Below are positions 27,714 through 39,059 of a stretch of DNA of 64,000 bases, in pieces. Made by a program: the position numbers and the translations under genes. The notes below the pieces were generated by a model. It was not told the origin of the DNA and made no database searches. It saw only the letters and a list, made by a program, of their open reading frames with translations. How positions within the stretch are numbered: the first letter of the stretch is position 1; each line of letters begins with the position of its first letter. Origin of the DNA: the human T2T-CHM13v2.0 reference genome, Homo sapiens. Location of the stretch: NCBI RefSeq assembly GCF_009914755.1, contig NC_060941.1; one strand, given 5' to 3'.

Positions 27714-30700
27714 ATTCCATTCGAGTCCATTCGATGATTCCATTTGTGTCCATTCCATAATTCCATTTGAGTCCATTCGATGATTCTTTTGATTCCGTCC
27801 AATGATATTCCATTCGAGTCCGTTTGGTGATTCCATTTAATTCTATTCAAAGATGATTCCATTCGTGTCTCGTCGGTGATTCCATTCGATTTCATTCGAT
27901 GATGATTCCTTTCGAGTCCATTCGATGATTCCATTTGAGTCCATGCAATGATCAAATTCAAGTCCATTTGATGATTCCTTTCAATTTCACTTGATATTTC
28001 CATTCGAGTAAATTCGATGATTCCATTTCATTCCATTCGATGATGATTCCTTTTGAGTCCATTCGATGATTCTATTTCAATCCATTTGATGATTGCTTTT
28101 GATTATACTTGATGAAGATTCCATTTGATTCAATTCGATGATGATTCCATTCGAGTCCATTCGATGATTCTATTCGAATCCATTTGATGATTGCTTTTGA
28201 TTATACTTGATGAAGATTCCATTTGATTCCATTCGATGATGATTCCATTCGAATCCCTTTGATGATTCCATTTGATTCCGTTCTCTTATGAGTACATTCG
28301 AGTGCAATTGATGATTCCTCTCAATTCCATACGATGATGATTCCATTCAATTCCATTCGATGATTCCATTCTATTGCATGCAATAATGATTCCCTTCAAG
28401 TAAATTAGATTATTCCATTCAATTCCATTTGATGATTATTCTATTCGTGCCCATTAGATTATTCCACACGATTCCATTCGATAAGGATTCTATTCGAGTC
28501 CATTCGATGATTCCATTTGATTCCATTCGAGGATGATTCCATTCAATTCCATTCATTGGTAATTGCATTCAATTCCATTCATTGATTCCATTCCATTCCA
28601 TTCGCCAATGATTCCATTCTATGATTCCACTTGATTCCACTTGATGATGATTCCATTTGATTCCATTCGATGATTCCATTTGATTCCATTTGATGATGAT
28701 TGCTTCGATTCCATTTGACGATTCCATTCGATTCCATTGGATGATGATTCTGTTCGATTTCATTTGATGACTCCATTCAATTCCATTGGATGATGATTCC
28801 GTTCGATTTCATTTGATGATTCCATTTGATTTCTATTGAGGATTCCATTCGATTCCATTCGATGATTATTCCATTTGAGTCCATTCGATGATTTCATTCG
28901 AGTCCATTCAATGATTCAATTTGAGTCCATTTGATGATTCCATTCGATTCCATTTGATGATGATTCCATTTGATGATGATTCCATTAGAGTCAGTTCGAT
29001 GACTCCATTTGAGTCCATTCGATAATTCCATTCGAGTCCATTCGATGATTCCATTCGATTCCATTTGATGATTCCATTCGATTCAATTTGATGATTCCAT
29101 TCGTGTCCGTTTTATCATTACTTTCGTGTCCATTCGGTGATTCCATTGGATTACTTTTGATGATGTTCCCATTCGATTCCATTTGATGATGATCCCATTC
29201 GATTCCATTCGTTGATGATTCCATTTGAGTCCATTCAGTGTTTCCATTTGATTCCATTCAATGATGATTCTATTCGTGTCCTTTTGATGATTCCATTCGA
29301 GTCCCTTCATTGATTCCATCTGATTCCATTTGATGATGATTCCATTCGAGTCCATTCGATGATTGCATTTGATTTCATTTGTTGATTCATTTGGAGTCTA
29401 TTTGATTATTCCATTCGAGTCCATTCGATGATTCCATTCCATTCCATTCGATAATAATTCCATTCGAGTCCATTCGATGATGATTCCATTCGTTTCCATT
29501 CGATGATTCGCTTCGATTCCATTCGATGATTCCCTTTGATTCCTTTCCATGATGATGCCATTCCATTCCATTCGATGATTCCATTCGATTCTATTCCATG
29601 ATGATTCCTTTTGATTCCATTCGCTGATGATTCCATTGGATTCCATTCAGTGGGGGATTCCATTCAATTCCATTCAATGATGACTGCATTCAGTTCCATT
29701 CGATGATGATTCGAATGGATTCCATTTGATTTCTCCATTCGATTACATTCATTGATGATTCCATTCGCTCCCAATACATTATTATTCCATTAGATTCCAT
29801 TAGATGATGATTTCATTCGATACCATTCGATGACGACTCCATTCCATCCCATTCAATGATGATTCCATTCGATTCCATTCAATGATTCCATTCGATTCCA
29901 TTCGATGATTATTCCATTTGAGTTAATTCAATGACTCCATTCGATATCATTCGATGATGATTTCATTCGAGTCCATTCATTGATTCCAGTCCAGTCCATT
30001 TGATGATTCCTTTCAATTCTTTTCAATGATGATTACATTCTAGTCAATTCAATGATTCCATTTAATTCCATTCGTTGATGATTCCATTCGAGTGCATTCG
30101 ATGATTCCATTTGATTTCATTTGCTGACGATGTCATTCGTTTGCATTTGATGATTCCATTCTATTCCATTTGATGATGATTCCATTCGAGTCCATTCGAT
30201 GATTCCATTTGATTCCATTCGATGATGATTCCACTTAAGTCCATTCGATGACTCCATTCGTGTCCATTCTGTGATTCCGTTAGATTCCACTCGATGATGA
30301 TTCCATTTGATGCCATTCAATGATTCCATTCGATTCCATTCAAGGATTATTCCACTCATGTCCATTCGATAATTGCATTTGATTCCATTTGATGATGATT
30401 CAATTCGTGTCCATTCCATGATTCCATTCAATTCCATTTGATCATGATTCCCTTAGAATGCATTCGATGATTCCATTCAATTACCATCAATGATTCTGTT
30501 CGATCCCATTCTATGATTCCCTTTGATTCCATTCGATGATCATTCCATTCGATTTAATTCAGTGATTCCTTTGGATTCCATTTGATGTTGATTCCATTAG
30601 ATTCAATTCGATGATGATTCCATTCTATTTCATTTGATTATGATTCCATTTGATTCAATTCAATGATGACTCCATTCAGTTCTATTTCATGATGATTCTA

Positions 30701-33700
30701 TTTGGTTCCATTCGATGATGATTCCATTAGATTCCATTCGATGATTCGTTTCGATGATTCCATTCAATTACATTTGTTGATGATTCCATTCGATGATGAT
30801 TCCATTTGATTCCATTCAATGATGATTCCATTCTATTTCATTCGATAATGATTCTATTTGATTCCATTAGATGATGATTCCATTCGATTCCATTCCATGA
30901 TGATTCCATTCGAGTCCATTTGATGGTTCCATTCGATTCCATTTGATGATAATTCCATTCGAGTCCATTCGATGGTTCCATTCGATTCCATTCAAAGATG
31001 AGTCCATTCTATTACATTTGATGATTCCATTTGATTGCATTCAATGATGATTCCATTAATTCCATTTGATGATGATTCCATTCAATTCCATTAGATGATG
31101 ATTCCATTTGGTTTCATTCGATGATTCTATTTATTTCCATTCTATGATGATTCCCTTCTATTCCATTCGATGACTCCATTCGATTCCATTTGATGATGAT
31201 TCTATTCGATTCCATTTGATGTTGATTCTATTTGATTCCTTTCAATGATGATTCCGTTCGTGTCCATTCGATGATTCCATTCAATTCCATTCAATGATGA
31301 TTGCATTCGAGTCCATTCGATGATAGCATTTCAGTCCATTCAATTATTCCATTCGATTCCATTGAAAGTTGATTCAATTCTAGTCCATTTGATAATTCCA
31401 TTCGATTCCATTCTCCGATGATTCCTCTCGATTGCATTCAATGATTCCATTCAATTCCAGTTGATGATGATTCCATTCGATTCCATTCCCTGATGATTGC
31501 ATTCTTTTCCATTCGATGATTCCCTTCGTTTCCATTCAAAGTTGATTACATTCGAGTCCATTTGATGATTCCATTCGATTCCATTTGATGATGAGTCCAC
31601 TTAAGTCCATTCAATGATTCCATTCGTGTCCATTCTATGTTTCCGTTAGATTCCATTCGATGATGATTCCATTTGATGCCATTCGATGATTCCATTCGAT
31701 TCCATTCAAGGATGATTCCACTCGTGTCCATTCGATGATTGCATTCGATTCCATTTGATGATGATTCAATTCGTGTCCATTCCATGATTCCATTCAATTC
31801 CATTCGATGATGATTCCCTTTGAATCCATTCGATGATTCCATTGAATTACCATCAATGATTCCGTTTGATCCCATTCTATGATTCCCTTCGATTCCATTC
31901 AATGATCATTCCATTCGATTTAATTCAGTGATTCCTTTGGATTCCATTCAATGTTGATTTCATTAGATTCAATTCGATTATGATTCCATTCGAAGATGAT
32001 TCCATTTGATTCCATTGGATGATGATTCCATTCTATTTCATTCTATAATGATACTATTTGATTCCATTAGATGATGATTCCATTCGATTCCATTCCATGA
32101 TGATTCCATTCGAGTCCATTCGATGTTCCATTCAATTCCATTCGGTGATAATTCCATTCGTGTCCATTCAATGATTCCATTCAATTCCATACGATGATGA
32201 TTGCATTTGAGTCCATTCGATGATAGCATTCGAGTCCATTCGATTATTCCATTCGATTCCATTGAAAGTTGATTAATTTCTAGTCCATTTGATAATTGCA
32301 TTCGATTCCATTCTTCGATGATTCCTCTCGAGTGCATTCAATGATTCCATTCAATTCCAGTCGATGATGATTCCATTCCATTCCATTCCCTGATGATTGC
32401 ATTCATTTCCATTCGATGATTCCCTTCGATTCCATTCAAAGTTGATTCCATTCGAGTCCATTCGTTTATTCCATTCAATTCCATTCTCCGATGATTTCAT
32501 TCGAGTCCATTCGATGATTCCATTCAATTCCAGTTGATTATGATTCCATTCGATTCCATTCAATATTTCCATTGGAGTCCGTTCAATGATGATTCCATTT
32601 TATTCCATTTGATGATTCCATTAGATTCCATTTGATGATTATTGCTTTTGTGTGCATTCGATGATTCCATTCGAGTCCATTCGATGATTCCATTTGATTC
32701 CATTCGATGATGACTGCATTAAGTTCCATTCGATGATGATTCCAACAGATTCCATTTGGTGACTCCATTCGATTCCATTCATTGATGATTCCATTCAATT
32801 CCATTCGATGATGATTCCATTCGATTCAATTTGATGATGATTCCATTCGATTCCATTCGATGATGATTCCATTTGATTTCATTCGATGATTCTATTTGAT
32901 TCCATTCTATGATTCCCTTCTATTCCATTTGATGACTCCATTGAATTCCATTTGATGATGATTCTATTCAATTCCATTTGATGATGATTCTATTTGATTC
33001 CATTCAATGCTGATTCCATTCGTGTCCATTAGATGATTCCATTCAATTCCATTTGATGATGATTCCATTCGAGTCCATTCGATGATTCCATTTTATTTCA
33101 TTCGATGATGATTCTGTTCAATTACATTCGATGATTCCATTCTATTCCATTCGATGATGATTCCATTTGAGTCAAATCGATGATTCCATTCGAGTCCATT
33201 TAATGATTCCATTGGGTTCTATTCGATGATGATTACATTTTATTCCATTCGATGATTCCATTTGTTTCCATTCATTGATGATTCCATTCGACTCCTTTTA
33301 ATGATGATTCCTTTCGATTTCATTCGTTGATGATTCCATTCATTTCCATTAGATGACGATTCCATTTGATTCCATTTGTTGATTATTTCATTCGATTCCA
33401 TTCAATGATGACTCAATTCCATTTCATTTGACGATTCTATTTGATTCCATTCGGTGATAATTCAATTCTATTGCATTCGAGGATTCCATTCAATTCCATT
33501 CGATGTTGATTCCATTCAATTCCATTCGATGATGATTCCATTCGATTGCAATCAATGATGATTCCATTTGTGTCCATTCGAATATTCCGTTCAATTCCAT
33601 TTGATGATGGTTCCATTGGTGTCCATTCGATGATTCCATTCCATTCCATTCAATGATGATTCTATTCAATTCCATTCGATGATGATTCCCTTCGTTTCCA

Positions 33701-35130
33701 TTTAATGATGATTCCGTTTGATTGCATTCAATCATTCTATTTGATTCCATTCGAAGATGAGTCCATTCTATTCCATTCGATGATTTCATTCGATTCCATT
33801 CAATGATGATTCTATTCGATTACATTTGATGATGATTCCATTCGATTCCATTCAATGATGATTCCATTCGATTCCATTTGATGATGATTCCATTCACTTC
33901 CATTTGATGATGATTCCATTCGAATCCATTAGATGATTCCATTTGATTCCACTTGATGATGGTTCCACTCAAGCCCATTTGATTATTCCATTCGAGTCCA
34001 TTAGAAGATTCCATTAGATTCCATTCGATGATGATTCCATTCGATGCCATTCGATGATTCCGTTCAATTCCATTCAATGATGATTCCATTCGTGTTCATT
34101 CGGTGATTCCGTTGGTTTCCATTTAATGATGATTCCATTCAAGTCCATTCCATGATTCCATTCAATTCCATTCGCTGATGATTCCATCCGAATGCATTCG
34201 ATGATTCTATTTGATTCCCTTCGATGATTCCGTTTGATCCCATCCGATGATTCCCTTTGAATCCATTCGATGATCTTTCCATTCGATTCAATACAATGAT
34301 TCCGTTTTATTCCATTCGATGATGATTCCATTCGATTCCATTCAATGATGATTCCATTCGATTCCATTCGATCAAGAGTCCATTTTATTCCATTTGATGA
34401 TTACTCTGTTCAGTTCCATTTAATGATGATTCCATTCTGTTCCGTTTGATGATGATTCCTTTAGATTCCATTCGATGATTCCATTCGATTACATTTGTTG
34501 ATGATTGCATTCGATTCCATTCAATGATGATTCCATTCGATTACATTTGATGATGGTTACATTAGATTCCATTTGATGATGATTCCATTCGATTCCATTC
34601 AATGATGATTCCATTCAATTCCATTCGATGATGATTCCATTCGCTTCCATTCAATGATGATTCCATTTGATTCCATTCAATGATGATTCCTTTCGAGTCC
34701 ATTCAATGATGATTCCATTCAAGTCCATTGCATGATGATGCCTTTTGATTCCATTCGATGGTGACTCCATTCGATTCCATTTGATGATGATTCCGTATGA
34801 TTCCATTCGATGATAATTCCATTCTATTCCATTTGATGATGATTCCATTCCATTCCAGTCAATGATGATTCCATTCGATTCCCTTCAATGATGATTCCAT
34901 TCGATTCCATTCGATGTTGATTCCATTTGCTTCCATTCAATGATGATTCCATTTGATTCCATTCGATGATTACTCTTTTCGAGTCCTTTCGATGATGATT
35001 CCATTCAAGTCCATTGCATGATGATGCCTTTCGATTCCTTTCTATGATGACTCCATTTGATTCCATTCGATCATGATTCCGTTTGATTCCATTGGATGAT
35101 AATTCCATTTTATTCCATTCGATGATGATT
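27714..35130 (+). repeat. Human Satellite 2 (HSATII) array, CATTC strand on +
   Basis: Mix of 23-bp (GATGATTCCATTCGAGTCCATTC) and 26-bp (GATGATGATTCCATTCGATTCCATTC) units with heavy CG->TG/CA decay. The last GATGATGATT is at 35121-35130. Confidence 0.96.
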
Positions 35131-35395
35131 CCATTCCATTCCATTCCATTCCATTCCACTACATTCCATTACATCCGATTCCATTCCACTCCATTCCACT
35201 CCTCTTCTCTCCACTCCACTCCATTGCATTCCATTCCATTCTATTCCACTGCTTTCCATTCCATTCCTTTCTTTCAAGAGTGTCTCACTCTGTCACCCAT
35301 CCTGTAGCACAATGGCACAATCTCATCTCCCATTCCATTCCTCTCCATTCAATTCCATTCAATTGCATTCCATTCCATTCTATTCCATTCCATTC
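35131..35395 (+). repeat. Terminal (CATTC)n/(CACTC) HSat3-like segment
   Basis: CCATT pentamers with CCACT variants and no GATGAT. Interrupted by an Alu fragment and ending abruptly at CATTC|GAAAAAGAAAAAG. Confidence 0.9.
35268..35329 (-). mobile_element. Alu 3'-end fragment (~60 bp) embedded in CATTC satellite
   Basis: TTTCTTTCAAGAGTGTCTCACTCTGTCACCCATCCTGTAGCACAATGGCACAATCTCATCTC aligns by eye to antisense Alu TTTTGAGACGGAGTCTCGCTCTGTCGCCCAGGCTGGAGTGCAGTGGCGCGATCTCGGCTC. Confidence 0.85.
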
Positions 35396-35549
35396 GAAAA
35401 AGAAAAAGAGTTCCAAAGTCATACTCACTTTTCTGCTCTTGTCAGACAATTAAGCGTTCTTTGAATACTTCAGCCCTAATAATTTTCTTTTTATCATACA
35501 TATTGCAGTGCTTATCTAATTTTAAATATATTTTTGTTTCAAAACCCAG

Positions 35550-36560
35550 TTTCTTATTTGTTTTATCTGTATGTTTGCAATATATTTTACTCTCTGTTCA
35601 TTCTTTGATTTCAGAACTTCAACCTTTCTGAAGCCCATTTTCAGAGTTTCTCTGTAGTTTCTTCAGTGGAATTCTGCTGGAGGCGTTTTGTTTTTTAACT
35701 CTAAATGTGTTATTTAGCCATAGGTTGATGAATATTTTTCTTCGTTTAGAAATTCAGAATGGCATTATTATTCTTAAAAAATAATATTGTTTATTTTACC
35801 TTTCATTTTTTTCAGATTTCAATATGATTAAAAGAAATTTCATTTTTCTAGTGCTAATTGAAATATTTTTCCCTTCCTCGTTGTTTACTGTTTCTCTAGG
35901 AGATACATAGGTGTAGGTTTATCTCCATTGTAGCTTGCTTAGCAAGCATGGAATTTCTGAATATGCAGATTAGTGTCTTACAAAAGTCTACGGAAATTTC
36001 AGCCAAAATACCATCACATATTGTCCCTTCCCAGTTCCCTTCTTCTATGAGAGCACTCTCTAAACACTTGCTACACTTTCTCACTGTATCTTCCATGTCT
36101 CTTCATCATTCTGTCCACATTTTACATTTTTAAAAATTTTCTGTAATGCATTCTGAAATATTTATGAACTCTCACCTTGGCCATGTCTAATCTGATGAGT
36201 ACATTTTTGAGTTTTTAATTTAAAATAACTATATTTTTATACAAACTACTTTTCAAATTTGCTACATGAAATTTTTACTCTTCTAACAATATATTCATTT
36301 TTTAAAAATATTTGAAAGCAAATGTGCTTTATAATCTAACAGTGATATTTCTACAAATGAACCTTTGTGGATCTGTTTATACTCTTTTTCTGCTTTCCTT
36401 TCAAATGGTGGAATATCATTTTCTTGCATACTTAGATGCCTTTGAATGACAAATATTTATTTTTCTCTGAAAATTATTTTTGTGCCCTTTTGCAGATTAG
36501 TAAATAGAAAATTGCCAAAGAGAATTTGAATTTTTTTCTGATTCTACTAAAGGCACCACC
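35550..36560 (-). mobile_element. Ancient L1 (L1M/HAL1-type) ORF1-region fragment; boundaries approximate
   Basis: T-rich sequence. 35900-36110 (GGAAATTTCAGCCAAAATACCATCACATATTGTCCCTTCCCAGTTCCCTTC) resembles the antisense old-L1 ORF1 motif GGAAAATTCTCAGCCATTATCTCTTCAAATATTGCTTCTGCCCCATTCTC. Confidence 0.6.
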
Positions 36561-38663
36561 TTTCTGGGACCACATTATGTTAATTCTTGGCCTAAAGGTG
36601 TTCAGACCTATGTTTGGACTGCACATTTAAACAATTTTAAATTAGTTGCTGTAAATCATAAACGATTGAGTTTCTTTAAATCTGTCCAATCTCAAGTCAT
36701 TTTTATTTGCCATTTCCAGGGAATGTGAAATGGGACTAATTTTCCTCTAATTCTTCTTTATACTGAGGATATAAATTTTGGTCCTAGCTTTAGGGAGGAG
36801 CTCCTGTGTGATGCCCTATCTTGGGAAAAACTATGTATTTCTTTACTGTCCTATGTGATGTATGACAGTAGGAATCTGTACTCATTCATTTTGCTACATG
36901 TCTGTAGGGCAAAATCGGTTTCGGTGTTTAGTTATATTTCGTCTGCTCCCTGCATTCCAATGGTTTTGACCTTATAATTTACTTTTAGTTGTGAACATAC
37001 CAGTGCTTCAAATTTTTTCCAGTAATATATTCAACTATATTATGAGAAAGAGAAAAATTTTGATAAAACACAAATTTCATGTTTTCCTTCTCTAATTGGC
37101 TTTTACTTAAAAATACAGGTAAAATTTATTTCTGCTTTTTTGCTATTTCTGTTTTGCTATTCTCTGTTTGTCTATGTCTTCTCCACATAGACACAATTAG
37201 GGAATTTTGTACACGTTTGTGCCAACTGCTTTGATAGTAACAAAATGTATTTCTTGAAATCCTAGGTATAAAACTCAAGTATCCACAATTTAAATTCTTT
37301 TTTGCTCACTTCTATTATGTTTCCAGTCTCAATAGAAATCGATGCCAATCCAGAAATACAAGCACTATTCTAATACTTCTCACACATTACAGGTATAGAT
37401 TAAATTTTCTAGATCTCCTTAAATACAATCATTTTTAACTACTTGTATCTTAACTGTTAAGTTCAGCATTTTCTATAATAATAAGTTGTGAAAATTTTCT
37501 TACTTTCTTATTTGTCCCAAGTTCAAGGTTTTGCAGTCTCTACCTCACCCTGTGAAGCATAAACATTGTACTATGTTGTACAAATATTACATAGTTCATG
37601 TGCTTAGAGATTGCACAATTTTTATTTGGTTGACAATAGCTAATGTTTTCTTCTTCATTTTCTATTTCCTGATTTTTCTTTATTTAGTATATGCTACATT
37701 ATCATAAAAATAAGAACGTTTTACAAACTAAAGCAAAAGAAACGCTAGGAAAAAAAATGCACAAGTAAAATAAATAAACATTCATTTAGATGTACCATGT
37801 ACAATTCTAATTTATTTAGAATTTTAATTGCAGTACTATTTTAATTAAATTCTGTGTATTATCTGTCATCGTCTCAGTATTTTTTATATAACAAATTGTG
37901 TTATTCAAAAAGTCTCAATGTCATTATGAACTATCTTGGCAGAGGTTGATCTCCAAGGAATAATTTCTCTCCTAATTATGTCAATCAGAATTTCACTCTA
38001 CCATAATTCTTTTAAGCAGTTTCAGAGGAATCATAAATTTCAAAATTGTTCAAGGTAGTTGTTGTAGTTCAAGTACATTTAGACAGGTGTAAAACTGTAG
38101 ACAGACTGATGCAAACATATTCTAATTGACACAAAAGTATATGGGACCTATTTTAAAATCTAGACTTTAAAATGTCGTGTCAACATACACATGTTCTCCT
38201 TGTGAAATATTTGCTTTTTATTCTCTGGATAGAATAATTTTATCTTTAAACCTTCAATTCACTGTTAAAAACAAAATATTACATAAGGATATGCTTATAA
38301 AAATAATTCCCAACTAGCTTTTCAATTCAGAAATATACGTGAAAAATCATCAAGCATCTAATGGATTTCAAGGAGAAATGGGTTAGTAAATTTTTCCATA
38401 TGTCTCAATTTTTGCTAGATTCAAGGCTTCCTTTAAAGCAATTGTAGGCATTTAAAAAACGATGTAAACTAAAAAGAAGAAATTGTGACACTGCCACTTA
38501 GGTTTTTTAAATCTTTGGACATGAATCAATATACTTTTTAATTTTATCTTAATTAGACATTGTGAGTTCACTATCTTCCTGTCAGTATAGCATCCAAGCT
38601 GATTATCATAGATTACAAGTTCAACTATCAACTATGTTCTGAGAGTCTAAAACAATAAATGAA

Positions 38664-39059
38664 TGTATTTGTTTGGGTATTCTTAAAGCAGGAGTGAGGA
38701 CACAGCGAAAGTGAGACAAGGAAGAGAGAACAAAATAAAACAGGAAAGATAGAAAAGCCAGTACCACACGTGTTAAGAGGCAAGTTCCTGTGTTAGATAT
38801 CTAGGCTTAATTTTATGGGAAGCTATGTGGAACATGCCTCAGAATTACATCACTGAATCCAGGGAGATTCTTCTTAGTTACCCTCACCTTTTCTTCCCAC
38901 TTCATGCCCAGTATCAAGCTCCCGTGCTGCTAGAGAAAGTCCTCAGCTAGAAACTGCTGCAAATTCTGGAGATGAGACCCTGTAGAGTGTTAAGAATGGT
39001 TTTCTTCCCAGCAGCTACAGGTAAGGAATAGGGGCTGGGCTATTAATACATCTGCTACA
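38664..39059 (-). mobile_element. ERVL solo LTR, LTR33/LTR16-like
   Basis: The right end CATCTGCTACA is TGTAGCAGATG on -, the typical 5' terminus. Internal AAGTGAGACAAGGAAG and GGAACATGCCTCAGAATT motifs resemble the family. Confidence 0.6.

Noticed and set aside
27708-27719. Possible heat-shock element created where GAA meets TTC at the junction
   Set aside because: The spacing is GAA-TGA-TTC (3 nt), whereas a canonical HSE needs GAAnnTTC (2 nt).
3-27836. Hundreds of ORFs (MEWNG and FHSIP repeats), including a 674-aa ORF at 20159-22183 (-)
   Set aside because: Pure (GGAAT)n has no stop codon in any frame. Minus-strand ORFs run longer because plus-strand TGG codons are one substitution from a stop. 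All frames give the same pentapeptide, so there is no sign of coding selection.
27714-35130. CRISPR-like appearance of regularly spaced 23-26 bp repeats
   Set aside because: The units are contiguous with no unique spacers, there are no cas genes, and the context is primate (Alu, L1).
27563-35307. MESSNGIEWNHH-type ORFs in HSat2
   Set aside because: These are translations of the 23/26-bp satellite unit.
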